Of a stretch of DNA of 64,000 nucleotides, positions 37,663-50,748 are shown one piece after another. The notes under the pieces are model-generated. The model saw only the letters and a list, made by a program, of their open reading frames with translations. It was not told the origin of the DNA and searched no databases. Source of the DNA: Podarcis cretensis (Eukaryota); NCBI GenBank assembly GCA_951804945.1, contig OX638154.1, positions 44,764,001 to 44,828,000 on the forward strand, written 5' to 3'. Numbering within the stretch: position 1 is the first letter of the stretch; every line of letters starts with the position of its first letter. Position numbers and translations under genes: made by a program.

Positions 37663-38540
37663 TAGATTCACAATGTGGTAACGTGGGTATTTTTACTGAG
37701 TGCCCAACTGCCTTGCTTGCTACATTTTTTATGAAAAACACAACTAGGTCGAAGTATTCTGCAGATGATGCTTTATGTTTGCAGTCCACACACCCTTCCC
37801 ACCAACATCCCCCCATGGACTGGATAAGGGGGGTTTTTTGGTGCCTTTCAAAGCTGTTTCGCACCCTGCCCAGCTGCTCACACCTGCAGATTCCGTTTGT
37901 TCCTGCTTGTCTACACGCCAGGGGGCACTGACAGAATGTCTTTTCCTCTGTGCCATGGTGTTCACACTTTGAGTGAAGAACTCCAGTCAGTGTGAAGCTG
38001 GTTTGAGAAACAATGAATCCTGTTGTACCATATAACGAAGTATAGAATACATACCCATTTTGGTTAATGCCTTGTGAACACAGACTAAAAAGCAGAGCTG
38101 GAAACAGTGAGTGTACATTAAATGGAAATGTGACTGCAGCCTTATGTTTGCTGAAGCATTTTATCAGTGTCTGCTATAATTTATTAGTCAACTTGAGTCA
38201 GCCAACATCCACTCTCCATGGCCATGTATCTAGCATACTTACCTGTATGACATAGACTGAATGAAAACAGGATTTGGAGCTGGGTGCCATCAGAATATTG
38301 CTGACACCAAACTCCAAACCAATCTCTCGTTTTCTCACCAAGCACTTTGCTATTGAGCATTTCCTCTGCAACACACTTCAGAATTGCAAAGTAATCCCCC
38401 ATCCCCTTCTCTGGCTGAAACCAGCCACCATATTACAGAGCTATTAATTCATTACAGTACTTTTCTTTGAATCAGTGGATTCATGAGCAATTATTCCAAG
38501 CTTCAGAAACCGCAGCTTGTCTTTTGAGTAAGACTAGCAA

Positions 38541-38901
38541 GGGACACGGGTGACGCTGTGGTCTAAACCAGAGAGCCTAGGGCTTGCCAATCAGAAAGTC
38601 AGCGGTTTGAATCCCCGCGATGAGGTGGGCCCCCGTTGCTCAGTTCCTGCTCCTGCCAACCTAGCAGTTCGAAAGCACGTCAGAGTGCAAGTAGATAAAT
38701 AGGTACCGCTCCAGCGGGAAGGTAAACAGCATTTCTGTGCGCTGCTCTGGTTTGCCAGAAGCAGCTTAGTCATGCTGGCCACATAACCCGGAAGCGGTCT
38801 GCAGTCAACGCCAGCTTCCTCAGCCAGTAAAGCGAGACGAGTGCCACAACCCCAGAGTCGTCCGTGACTGGACTTAACGGTCAGGGGTCTCTTTACCTTT
38901 A
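38541..38901 (+). mobile_element. Sauria SINE (second, more diverged subfamily)
   Basis: GGGACACGGGTGACGCTGTGG head, conserved body, TTTACCTTT tail. Confidence 0.85.
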
Positions 38902-39839
38902 CTAGCTATGGTTCTTATCCATAACATGGAGGGTGGGTCCCCATTTGTGGAATGCCTGCTAATATTGAGGGGTAAAACATTCCTGTTTACCAATAAATTT
39001 GATGGTTAAAATAAACTGTTCCAAGAAATCCTTGAAATCAGCTGTGAGGATATTTGGCTTTAAATTTGCTATTGCATTGTTTTGCTGTTTTGTTGTTCGA
39101 CACTTAGGGCTCCTTTGGGAGAAAGGTAAGACAGAACTTTAAATAAAGAATGATGGTGGTGATTATGAAAATGCCAGGGGAGTCCATTTTCTTTCTGCTT
39201 CTCAAAATCAAGTGTTACATTGACTATTGAGATATGAGGAGAACCAACAAAATGGTTACATAAACGCAGGCTTATCAGCCTTGAAGCTACTGGTACTCTC
39301 TATCTTAGTCGGTCAAGGTCCCAAGGTCTCAAAGTCATTAACCTGCACCTAGAAGTCAACAGCTCCAATAGAAATGGGTGAAGTGAGCTCCACCTTCTCA
39401 AACCCTGGGATCACACCTCCTGCTACCAAGAGGTGCACCTGCATACAGGTGCATGCAGACAAATGCGATTACATTATTTCTATGGCACCATTTCATTTTG
39501 GGCTTACAAGCAAAATCTGCCATCGCTCCTTCTTTCATCTCTAGTTAAGTCAGTCATGACTAGCAACGTATTTCAATAGGTCTACTAAACACTATGGTTT
39601 ATGTTGAACACAAGCTATTGATTCATAAAAATAAATTCCACTACTTTCAGTGTCAGTAATTTGGGACAACCTAAAACCAGTCACATTTAATTTTTTTGCA
39701 AGAATTAATCTGTTTAGAGTTTAATCTTTAATTGCCTCTATTTGAAGCATAATATTAGCTAGATAAGCCAACATTCTTTGATTTTGCATTAGACACCCAC
39801 TTTGTATTGTCATTGTTAAGACAGGTTCTGGAGCTTGTT

Positions 39840-41008
39840 TTTTTTTTTTTTTTTATAAAAGATTTTTATTAATTTCCAATTTTTTAACAGAAACAAAAAA
39901 CAACAAAAGAAACAGACAAACAAAAAAAACTCATGTTTTCATAACCTTATTTTCATAACCCTCTTTTCCCGGACTTCCCCATACCTTTCCCTTTTTGCAT
40001 CCTTAATTTAGTACCATTATTCAGCAACCTATCTTGCCCAATTAAATATAAATTTATCCTCTTTCTCTATTCCACCCTTAATTTTAAACCCAATTATCGC
40101 TGCAATTCTACATCTTCTTTTCCCTCAGCATTTTAACACTCCTCAGTTTTATAATAATTCTTAAGATACGTCTTAAATTTCTTCCAATCTTCTTCCACAG
40201 TCTCTTTCTCTTGGTCGCGGATTCTGCCGGTCATTTCTGCCAGTCCCATAAAGTCAATCACTTTCGCCTGCCATTCCTCCAGCGTGGGTAGCTCTTGTGT
40301 CTTCCAATACTTTGCTAGAAGGATCCTTGCTGCCGTAGTAGCGTACAAAAAGAAATTCTTATCCTTCTTCGGCACCAACTGGCCGACCATACCCAAGAGA
40401 AATGCCTCTGGTTTCTTGTTAAAGGTGCACTTAAGCACTTTCTTAATTTCATTATAAATCATTTCCCAGAAGGCCTTAATCTTTGGGCAGGTCCACCAGA
40501 GGTGGAAAAAGGTACCCTCAGTCTCTTTACATTTCCAGCATTTATTATTGGGCAAATGATAAATCTTCGCAAGCTTGACTGGGGTCATGTACCACCTATA
40601 GATCATTTTCATAATGTTTTCTCGTAAGGCATTGCATGCCGTGAATTTAATGTGGTCCATAACTGCTCCCAGTCAGCAAACATAATGTCATGACCTATGT
40701 CCTGTGCCCATTTAACCATAGCAGACTTCACTGTCTCATCTATTGTATTCCACTTCAACAGCAAGTTGTACATTCTTGATAAATTCTTAGTATTGGGTTC
40801 TAACAATTCTGTTTCCAATTTCGATTTCTCCACCTGGAAACCAATTTTCCTGTCTTGTTTGAAAGCCTCCATTATTTGAAAATAATGGAGCCAATCTCGT
40901 ACCTTGGACTTTATTTTCTCATAACTTTGTAATTTAAATTCACCACCTTCTTGTTCTAAGATCTCAGAGTATTTCGGCCAATTGGTTGTCATATTAAGTT
41001 TCTTTACT
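39840..41008 (-). mobile_element. 5'-truncated L1-clade LINE (ORF2 C-terminus, 3' UTR, poly-A)
   Basis: ORF 40133-40660 has the CCHC knuckle CWKC...HLWWTC; a frameshift at about 40650 separates it from ORF 40609-41034; poly(T) on the plus strand at 39838; 17-bp TSD AGGTTCTGGAGCTTGTT (39823-39839, 41009-41025). Confidence 0.9.
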
Positions 41009-41362
41009 AGGTTCTGGAGCTTGTTATTCTGCAACTCAACTAAGAATCTCTTTCCTACTGGACCATTTCATAGGCTTTAACCTGTTATGTCCTCTCCCTA
41101 CTCTTTGAAGGAGATGCTACTTTGAAATGCTACATGCTTTCGGGGGGGGGGAGCAGGACAGAATGTGAAAAAGTACTGACATCAGTCGAGGGCTCAAATT
41201 TAGATGCTGCTACACAGGAAAAGTTTAAAAGCTAGTCGTGCGTTCCTCAATGCTATGGAGAGGTAGCAGATGTCTATGAGATTCAAGGAGAATGGACAAT
41301 CAGTTCCCATGCAAGACCAGTCATATAAAACAAAGACTCAGTTTGACTTATGCAGGCACCAT

Positions 41363-41490
41363 TTTATTATGAACTGAAAAAATAAACTATTTTCACTATT
41401 TGTGTATATTTGGCTAACATTTTAAATCGCCCAAAAACCTAACCAGTGACCAAAAATATATAAATGTATAAATATACAACTGTCTTTATT
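41363..41490 (-). terminator. Candidate TAF8 polyadenylation signals (3' UTR about 2.8 kb)
   Basis: Minus-strand AATAAA at 41485-41490 and 41363-41368 in AT-rich sequence with several TGTA motifs. Confidence 0.4.
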
Positions 41491-44273
41491 TACATTTGTA
41501 CATACAAGTATATCAGCAGAATTGACAGTGAAAGAGTTTTTTGGCAAATGAAAATGGATAACAACAGTTTTTCCCCAAGATTGCCATGGACAGAATAATT
41601 TGATATGTGAAAGACTTTCCTTTCCTTTTTTTTTTTAAATGGCAGGGGAAAGCAATGCAGCTTATCTTCTAGAACCTGTGGTCCTCAATGTTTTTGGACT
41701 ACAACACTCATCATTCCTCACCATAAGGCTGATGGAAGTTGAGGGGCCAATATCTGGAGCACCAGAGTTTGTTCATCCCATCAATAGAAAGATTCACAGC
41801 ACCAACAGACAGCAAATGTTACACTCGCCAAAATCTGTGAATCCATTTAGCCTCACAGGCTACACTGAAGGAAAGGGAATGAGATATCAATAAAAGCTGC
41901 TTGGATATTATGGAATGAAGGCTATAGCAAAAATGACTGTTTAATAAGTGCAAGCTCTTGGGATATTTTGAAAAGAAACTCTGCTAAGTTTATTTCCCTT
42001 CCACACCAACCAGTTCTTTAATGCTGGAGCCTTCCTTTCGCTGACTCTGCACCTACAGAGTCGTGGGGAGCCCTCCACATACTGCTGGGATTCCAACTCC
42101 CATCAGCCCCAGCCATCATGGCCAGTGGTCAGAGATGGTGAACACTCTAGTCCAACAACTAAAAGGACCTAGAGGAAAATAGCTGATCATTTGGGGCAAC
42201 TCTACACATTTAAAGGGCACCATGACTTTCTAATGTCTCTTAATGAGCTAGAAGAGCATTGAATTATATGGCAAATCAGCAGAGGAATTTTGTTACCAGC
42301 TTACTTAACTGGGTAGATGAAGAGATAGTGCTATTAAACTAGTATTTTCCACAGGTATGAGCAATGCAGAGCAGATGTATACAGAGATTTAGAGAGCAGC
42401 TGCTGTAATTTGCACTTGCACTAGAGAGGTGCTGCAAACAAAGCATAACAGGGTATTAACTGAGCTCCGAGTATTTCCAAATGGGCCCATTGTGAAGCTA
42501 CAAAGCTACAGCACAATTCTGTTTTTACATGGCATAATTTGCAGTTCGTGTTCAACTTCACATTTTGGAAGCCCTTCTTATTAGTGTTGCTGTGGTTAAA
42601 GTGGATTGATGCTAATTTGAATTGTTACTCACCAAACAGAATAGTAAAGTTATCACCCAAGACCAACTAGCACAACCAACTAGCACAAACCAATTAAGAC
42701 TATCTTCCAAACAACTGCTATAGCTAACCAGGAGTGCATCCAAACAACTGTTTCAAATCATGTTTTGGAGGTTAGTGCTAACCACAGTCTACCTGACTGA
42801 GACGTCATGTAAAACTATGGTTAGAGGAAACAAAGAAATAGAGGCACCTGAGGGGTTAAGACTGAGAGTAAGAGCTGCAGCATACTCTCAGCTCTTCAAA
42901 CCATAGCCTGGACAATCAGGATGTGACATCTGAACCAGGTTTCTTTAGGCAATCTCACTGTTCTTTATTTCCTTCCAGAAGCGGATGATGTAAAACTAAA
43001 TTCCCAAAAGGTAATCAGAAACTTTGAAGAAGAAAAAGCAAGGTGTGGTCTTTTTCTTTTTTCCTTTTAAATCAAGTATTTTAGGAAAGTGTACTGATAG
43101 GCATATAATACAAATAGCATGGGCACTTGAAGATGGGGTCAGGGAGTGATGCAGGGAATCTACTGCTACATCCCAGGCCTTGCTGGCACATGCTGGCCAG
43201 GGTGGAAGGTGTTGGGGGAAGAGAGTAGTTTCTCGCTTCTCTCTGCTGATGGGAGACTGAAGTACAGGCAACCATGCACATTCCTAACACACACCCACAC
43301 ACACACACACCCAGCCATCAACATCAAGCAGGGTGGACAGCTTATAATTGCATTCTGGGTGGCATATTTTTCCCTGTCTCCTATCACAGACAGAAATACA
43401 GCCTTTGTCAACATTACTTGGAGACCAGAGGAAGGTAGAAAAACTGCTGCTGTATTGCCAAGGAGAATATAAACCTAAGACTCTAAGCCAATACGCAGGC
43501 AATATGATTCAAAACAAAGAGCTCTCTCATCCAGGTGAAAACAAGATCTGCAATCAATATGCACTTATAAAAAGTGAGTTGTCTTGTGCTGTCAAGCATT
43601 GCAAATCTGCTGGGATGTTTCTCTTCTTGCTCTGTCACCATCAAATTTCTCTGCTCAGCTCTCCCGACAATTCAAACCAGAGATAAGATCAGACCAAACC
43701 CTCAGCTCCAAGCACACAGACTTTAGAAATTGTGTGGTTCTGAACAGCCTTGTCTTTTGCAAAGGCACAACAGTGAATATCCAGCTGAGGCCCTTGGCTA
43801 CCCCTCATCCAAACATGCCATATTTAGCAAGGTGATGTGGCATAAATCCCAGGATGAGTAGCACATATGAAAGGCAAGCAGAGATGAGAGATGATTCTCC
43901 TTCTGAAGTTCCAGGAGACCTGGCAAAATGTGAGGAAGTATTTTGCATTTCCTGCTAATCTGTCTGCAGTCCTCAAAAAAAGAAGGTACACTTGAGAATG
44001 GCAAGAGATGCTGTAGGTACTGCAAGCTGCAGCATGCTGTTCCCTGGAAGAGACAGATAGATTTCCATGTTTCTAGGTGAGCATTTCAGACTTCACCTTA
44101 AGTTATATAACAAACTGTTGGGGAGAAAAGGACCTGAACCAGAGAGACTGCTTTTCCATTTGGCCCTCAACCAGCAGCATCTTTCTGCCTTTCCTATGCC
44201 ACATCTCAGCAGTTGCAAGGACCACAGGAGGTCCAAAAGCTTCCTCCTATCCCACCCATCATCTTGCCACAGA

Positions 44274-47200
44274 TCACTTCTTCCTGCGGATTTTGGGCTT
44301 CTTCACTGGGCGAAGATAGGGATTGTCTATCAAGTTCTCATCTCCATTCCGGCTGCCAGAAAGCGAGGTGTTGTGCTGTAATACCGATGCATTCTCTTTC
44401 TCAGCTCCTGGGTCATCCTGGCAGGTAAGACAAGATGTGAACAATGTCAGGGTCTCAGCTGGCAAATCAGCACACCCAAGAACAAGCAAGGCAGAAAGCA
44501 ACAAGGACATGCAGGAGACAAACCAGCGAGCGATCAACGCTGGCACACAGAAGAGTTGGGTGCCCTCTGCTGGCAGGCAACAAAAATGTGTTATGGAATT
44601 CAAAATGAATTTTCCTAAACTTTGAAGATTCAGGCGTTATCCTGAACAAGGGATCACAGCGAGGGTTCGGGGCAAGGGGATACATGCACCACCCCACTAT
44701 ATTTATCCCATCCATGTTCTGTTCCTACCACCGATGATGAGCAACTGAATTGGGGTGAGGCATTGGCCTAATTGCTCCATCAACAAGGACATGGCTCCTC
44801 TTCTCCCCATACCACCCCATGCAAAGCTTCATAGCCTTCTATGGATGCGAACATTTGCTGAGAAGGGAGTGCATTTCACAGGAGAAGCCCACACTTGCCT
44901 TCTGCCCCAAGCATATTCTGCAGCCAGAACTATGTACATAAAATGTATTTGCCCAACAAATGCCACTTGCAACATCTCATTTGCACTTAAGTGACCGTTT
45001 AATACAGTGTTTCCAGGAATCTGAAGCCAACGTCACGCTGAATCGAACCGAGTCTCTAGGCTCTACCGTGCTCACGTGCAAGGGGAGGTTCTCTGTGTCT
45101 GTCTGATCATCTTGTTCGGATGAATCCGTCTCCTCCATCTGCTGCATCTCCAATTCAGAAGGAAGCAGAGCTGTCAAGTAGGGTATTGAAAAAGGCCTGG
45201 CGGCTATCACTAGGGATAAAGAAGGAAGAAGACATGATCTCAGATACTGAGATCCATCTCTCAGGTGTCCGGCCTAAAAGGTTGGAAGTGAGAGAAAACT
45301 CAAAGAAAGCCATGGACCATTGAGATTTATTTCCTACTATGCAAGCTTTCAAGGTCAAGGAAAAAGTTATACCGTAAACCTGTCACCACCACCAGCCTAC
45401 AGGTAAAGATGTCACCATCTGTGGTAGCTATGTAGAAGTTTTTGGCAAAGTTACAACAATGTCATACTTCATATTTGTAATTTGCCTTATTGCAAATGCA
45501 GCTCATTTGAGGAGGGTTCATTTACAATATAGGACAGCCCAAAGGCCAACATGGTGCCCGTGAGATGTTTTGGACCACAATGTCCCTGCTGGCCCTCCAA
45601 AACATCTGGAGGGGGCTAAGTGGATGAAGGCTGTGCTAGACACACAGCATCTTACTTGAAACAATGTGCCCTGCCACTGGATTGATTGTCTTACAAGGGA
45701 AGGTGCTGACATCATCCTTGAAAAGACTTTGTGTCTCTCCTGTCTTTGCCATGAAGCGTGTCAGAGCTCTTTCAACATCCCGTCTCTGAGAAGCAGCCTT
45801 TTCCCGCAGGATCTGATAATCCGACACAGGCTCCCGGTACGTCTGTAAGGCAAAGAGAGGGAAGCGACAATGACTATACACAGACTTCGAATCTGTATTG
45901 CTTAGAGTCACTGGTGACAATCCAGCCACTCCTGTGCAGTTAAGTTGACATCTATCCAGTAGACAACCAAATCCTCTTATTTAGGACCATTTTCAGAAAT
46001 AACGGAAAAGGAATAGCTCAGTGCACTTAAAACACTGGTCATCCCCAAAGGCTGAAAGTGTCTCCCAAAAACTTGTCTACCATCTCTGGTCAGTTTTTTT
46101 AAGCAAGGCAGGCCTACTTACTGGTGTCTTGATGTAAGTGTGAGGATCCGGAAACTCTGGGAAGTGACCAGGGATATGGGATGGGTGAGGCTTGTTCTGT
46201 CCTGCTGTCAGAGCTTTTGGAGTCACGGGCTGATTTGTTACAGGTGCTGCAATTGGAAAGAGAATTTCAGTCATGGCAGCCTCTGCCTCAGTGGTATCAG
46301 CCGAGTTTAAGAGGGAGGCAATCTCTGTTCAACTTAGCACAACCGATATAACAAAGCTATTTAGGCCAGAGCTAGGCAAACTTTTTTCTGCCTATGCCTG
46401 CACTCCTCAGGCAGGAATGGGGAACTTCAGGCCTGGAGCCCTCCAAATTTGTACAGGAGGCTCTTGGGACTCAGTCCAGGCTATGCACACTCTCCTCAAA
46501 CCACCCCCCTCATTGGCTCAGCTCTGCACTCTCCTCAAGTGCTTTTGCCTGGCTGGATTGTGTCCTTGAGCTGCAAGAATGCCTCTTGCTTGCCTGGATG
46601 GAATAGGAGAGATGTGTGAAGTGTTTGTGTATGTAGAAACCTCTGGCATCTGTGTGCCTGGAATGCAGCCTACTGAACAAAGGTAAGAGTGACATCAACT
46701 GCTTCCCTCACTTTTGGTCTCTGGCCCTTAAAGCCTTAAACATTTCACTGAAACCAAATGTGTGTGCTTATAGCACTGCAGCCAAAATTTCACTTCAGTC
46801 ACTGGAACTCTGTTTCAGCATATATTTACCTACAGATATGGCGTAACTAAAAAATATTAAGACTCTGCAAAAGTATGAAGAAGCCTTAAGTTATTTCGTT
46901 CTCATTCAAGGCCCAAGTCACACGCAACACATTTATTTAGAATCAAGTTCCGCATAATTCAACAGAGCCTACTCCCCAGCTAAGTCTGCTTAAAACTGCA
47001 GCCTTAGATGTGCTTCTTAAGAAATATTTAATGAAATAATGATCATGCAATAGCTTCAGCAGCCATGCAACATACAATTGGCAGAATACTAAATAAAGCT
47101 GAGTTTCAGTCTGTGATAAAAGCCAACAAGAACATCTTAAAGGGATCCACAGAGCCTAAATTGAAAAATAGTGAACTGCTTCTCCAACTGAATGAGTCTG

Positions 47201-50177
47201 CTGTAGAAACCACTCCTTTCCCTCCTGAGAATATGACATATAAAGTTAAGTATGAATAAAATAAAATGCATGCAAGAGCTCACATACGGGCAGTGATCAC
47301 CATCCGCTGGGACCGTTTGGCGTATGCAGGGAGTGTTTCCACATTAAAGCCTGAAACAGAAGAAAGCAAAGAAGCCTAAAACAAAAGAAAGGAAAAGTCA
47401 TTCTAGCAAGCCAATCCACAATGCGATCTTAACTCATCCACCACTGAAGCCCTGGCACTATGGCTACACTATGTGGGGAGGGAAGTACTAATTAATTCAC
47501 CAGCATTTGCTCTCCCTTCTCTGATTCTAGAGGGATCCAAACAGAATAGCAGATAGGTTTACTTGAATATATATTCAAATGAATGAATGAGTGCCTAAAA
47601 CACCGAATGGGCCGAATGGAGGTACGCCATCCACAGTAAGGAGGAAGATGACGTGGTGGATGGATTGAACTTTCCTCTGCACAAAGAGGTGACATGGAGC
47701 TTCAATAGCAGGAAAAGGGATTGGGCAGTAGGACTCTGGTATCCTTCCCAAAGATTCCCAAAGGATGGCAACCCATCTTTCATGCTCAATGGATCAAGCA
47801 TCCAATCAATGGTACATCCACTGTAGGAGTAATAGCTGTATCTGCTCAATGACTACACTTACACAATCCCTTCTGACCTCCCCGCAACTGCCATGCCTGT
47901 ACCATGTAATCCTGACACTCACCCATTTCAACTAAGGTGACGACAATATCTGAAAGGGTCGGCTGAGTCCTCGCAGTATGTTCACAGAAAGATTTGGCAC
48001 TCCTCCCAATTTCTGAAATGTCTGGCAAAGCAAAAATCACCACAGAACTGAGAGTCAAGATATATCATCACATGCTCACTTTAGCACTATTCTGAATTTA
48101 GGGAAGCTGAATTTCTAGAGACCATCATCCATCCATAGAATTTAGATTGCAGAGGAAGTGGGGGGAATAGAAACCTAGTATTCTACTGTGGAGTGCTCAG
48201 GATTTTTTAGAAAATGAATCCTTTCCCCCCAAAGAAAATAGTAAGGAATATATAAAACAAGAATTGGTAATGGTGTGTGTGTCATATTCTAGGTCAGGCT
48301 TCCTCAATCTCGGCCCTCCAAATGTTTTGAGACTACAATTCCCATCATCCCTGACTACTGGTCCTGCTAGCTAGGGATCATGGGAGTTGTAGGCCAAAAA
48401 CATCTGGAGGGCCGAGGTTGAGGAAGCCTGTTCTAGGTTTTAAGAACAGAAGTAAGGGTGAAGGTAAAGATATTTGATGCCATTTGCTACTTGCCACCAC
48501 CAAACAAACAGCAATGTGAAAAAAATACCGTACATGAAACTTGGACACCTACATGAAAGCAAAGCAACACCATGCGTTCCTATTCCAAACAGCTTATGTT
48601 TCCCAGTGGTCTGTCAGGCAAATCAAGATCACAGTTCTCCTAATTTGTTACATAATGTCAAGCAATCGCCAAAGGGCTTCAGTTGCTCAAAACAGAGTTT
48701 TGGCAGTGAAACTGATATGCAGGGTCATGCTGTCTACTTGACGGCAAGCATGTCAAATGGCAGCTCCAAAACTGTTGCAGCACCACACAGAAGGTGAAAG
48801 TACTGCCAAACATCTCCCTTTCAAGCCACTCCTGAAGAAGCAGAGCCCCCATTTTGGTCAGCTCCTCCTGCAGAAATTGCAAATGCCTGTGTCTGTTATT
48901 GTCCCTGGTGGGGAGGGTTAAGACTAATGTGCCTAATACTAGCAGTGGAGGTTTCTCAGTATTACACAGTTGGGGATACTCACAGCTCTGGAGCATCTCT
49001 GTCATGGTCTCCACAGCAGCCTTCTCAGAGCTCTCAAACCCAGCCTCTGTCAGCAACGAACTAACCACCACTTGAAGGGTCCTCCTTCGAGCCAAATAGT
49101 AGTTATCTGCCGGGGTTGAAGAGTGTTTGCCACCTGATCGCTGCTGGAACCAAACCCAACCAAGGAGGATGTGATTAGTAAAGGGAGCACATAAATAAGG
49201 AGCATGCGGAAGTTGTCAACAACGCCACTTTGGGTGGAATTCAACACTGTGCTATTATAAATGTTCCATTTGCACAAGTGTATCAGCTTGCAAATGGAAT
49301 GATCCTCCCTCCACTGTTCTGGGGGTTCTCCTGACTGCTTCCCAAGCCAATTTCAGGAGCACCGGGGGTAGGGTAGGTGGGGGGAGAAGGCCCTTGCACT
49401 TCCACTAACAGAGTTCGTTACGTGAGTCCCACCCTCAGTTACTGCTAAACATGTCTCAAATGGGTCCTTCTCCCAAAGTCCAACATGTGCTCTCACGTCC
49501 CACTTCTGACAGTGCTCTCTCTACTTTCCAAGTTTGCAAAATTAGCAAGAAATTAGCCTCATGCTTACTCATGGGAACAGGTGTGCAAAAGCAACATCCC
49601 TGATTTCTCCAGTTAAAGAGGATCTCAAGCAGCAGCTTTCAGAATTGCCTTTCCCTTCCGCCAGCGACCCCCGCCTTGGGTAGACATAGTACTGGGCAGG
49701 CAAGGTGAAGAAATGGCATGGTTCAGTATTAGGCAGCTTCCGGAAAGGGGGAAGAAGTTAGGGGGGGACGCGTGTGTTCAGACGTGACCTCAAGATTCGT
49801 GCACAGTTCTCGTGATCTTAGAAAGCGGTGTTTTTGCGCGCATGTTTTGGGTGGCCACCTGCTTGCAACGTTATCTGGCTTTCTGCAAGCGCAGAATCGC
49901 AGAAGAGGGAATGGAAAGGCGCTGCCCCCGAAACCCAGAGCAGACTGAAAGTGATCGGCAGCAAGCAATGGCGCCCCGCAAATCAAGAGGCGCCCGCCTC
50001 CCCCTTCCTCGGTGTCCTGACGCCGCCCCGCGCTGTCCTGAGAGCCTGAGGCGGGCACCTGGTGACCACAGAGCGGGCCCGCAGTTGGGTCGTGCCCCCC
50101 CCCCAAAAAAAAGAGCTCCGGAGCCCCAGCCTTACCGTGCCCGAGCTGCCAGAGCCGCCGGTCCCCGTGTCCGCCAT
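44274..50177 (-). CDS. TAF8: TATA-box binding protein associated factor 8 (TFIID subunit), 8 coding exons, about 306 aa
   Basis: Exons: 50136-50177, 48984-49140, 47923-48021, 47288-47350, 46122-46246, 45695-45842, 45067-45209, 44274-44417 (921 nt, phases consistent). Recognisable histone-fold region ARRRTLQVVVSSLLTEAGFES...CEHTARTQPTLSDIVVTLVEMG, HFPEFPDPHTYIKTP, ASQRRDVERALTRF and C-terminal basic NLS NPYLRPVKKPKIRRKK. Confidence 0.95.
48295..48430. mobile_element. hAT-like palindromic MITE in TAF8 intron 2
   Basis: TIRs CAGGCTTCCTCAA / TTGAGGAAGCCTG; 8-bp TSD TTCTAGGT. Confidence 0.88.
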
Positions 50178-50245
50178 CTTGGATCCATGGGAGGATGCGC
50201 GCATGCGCCTCTACGAACAGCATGGTGGGAGTTGTAGTTCGCGGT
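50165..50245 (-). promoter_or_regulatory. TAF8 CpG-island housekeeping promoter
   Basis: CpG-rich region about 49750-50480. YY1-type AAGATGGCGG overlapping the ATG (50171-50180), NRF1 palindrome GCGCATGCGC (50199-50208), ZNF143/THAP11-type ACTACAACTCCCACCATGC (50220-50238). Confidence 0.75.
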
Positions 50246-50480
50246 GAGGCGGCACGGTGGCGCTCCCCTCAGGTACTGTACTACTACAGTATTGATCGAG
50301 AGGGTTAAGGGCTGGTCCAGCGAAACGTTTCTGAGACGGTGAAGCAAAAGTGATCCTGAATAGGGATGACAACGAAGAGGGTTTTGGTTTCTTTGCCTCC
50401 ATAAAAGCTTTGCCTCAGATGCCTGCAATGTTTTCCCCCTCACGTGGCCGAGTGCGGGCGCTTCAGAGGGGTCGTAAACA

Positions 50481-50748
50481 AAGATTTTCTTAGGAGACCA
50501 CTGTAAGCAGATGAAAACATTAGCAGGATTTTAATTTCACTTGTAATGTGACAAATATTATGGATAATTTGGATGGATATAAAATATAGAGTACGGAATG
50601 ATATGCAGTTGAAAATGTTGGCAATAGGACCCATAGAGGGGATGGGGGGGAAGTCTCGAGATTCAGAGAATTCTCTATACACGGGTATGTATTTGGTATC
50701 GTTATCAATTTATATCTGTAAAATCAAATAATATTTTTTTTAAAAAAG
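50481..50748 (+). mobile_element. Probable short L1-like 3' end fragment
   Basis: AT-rich insert in GC-rich promoter flank, GGGGGAAGTC motif shared with the other L1 3' UTRs in this window, A-rich end, degenerate flanking repeat GGGGT(C/T)GT(A/G)AAC. Confidence 0.4.

Noticed and set aside
37316-37681. ORFs with PEPEPE, ARARAR or WLWLWL repeats
   Set aside because: Frames of the (GGCTCT)n expansion inside a Sauria SINE.
49729-50443. Long overlapping ORFs around the TAF8 start
   Set aside because: Stop-poor GC-rich CpG island; only 50136-50177 is coding.
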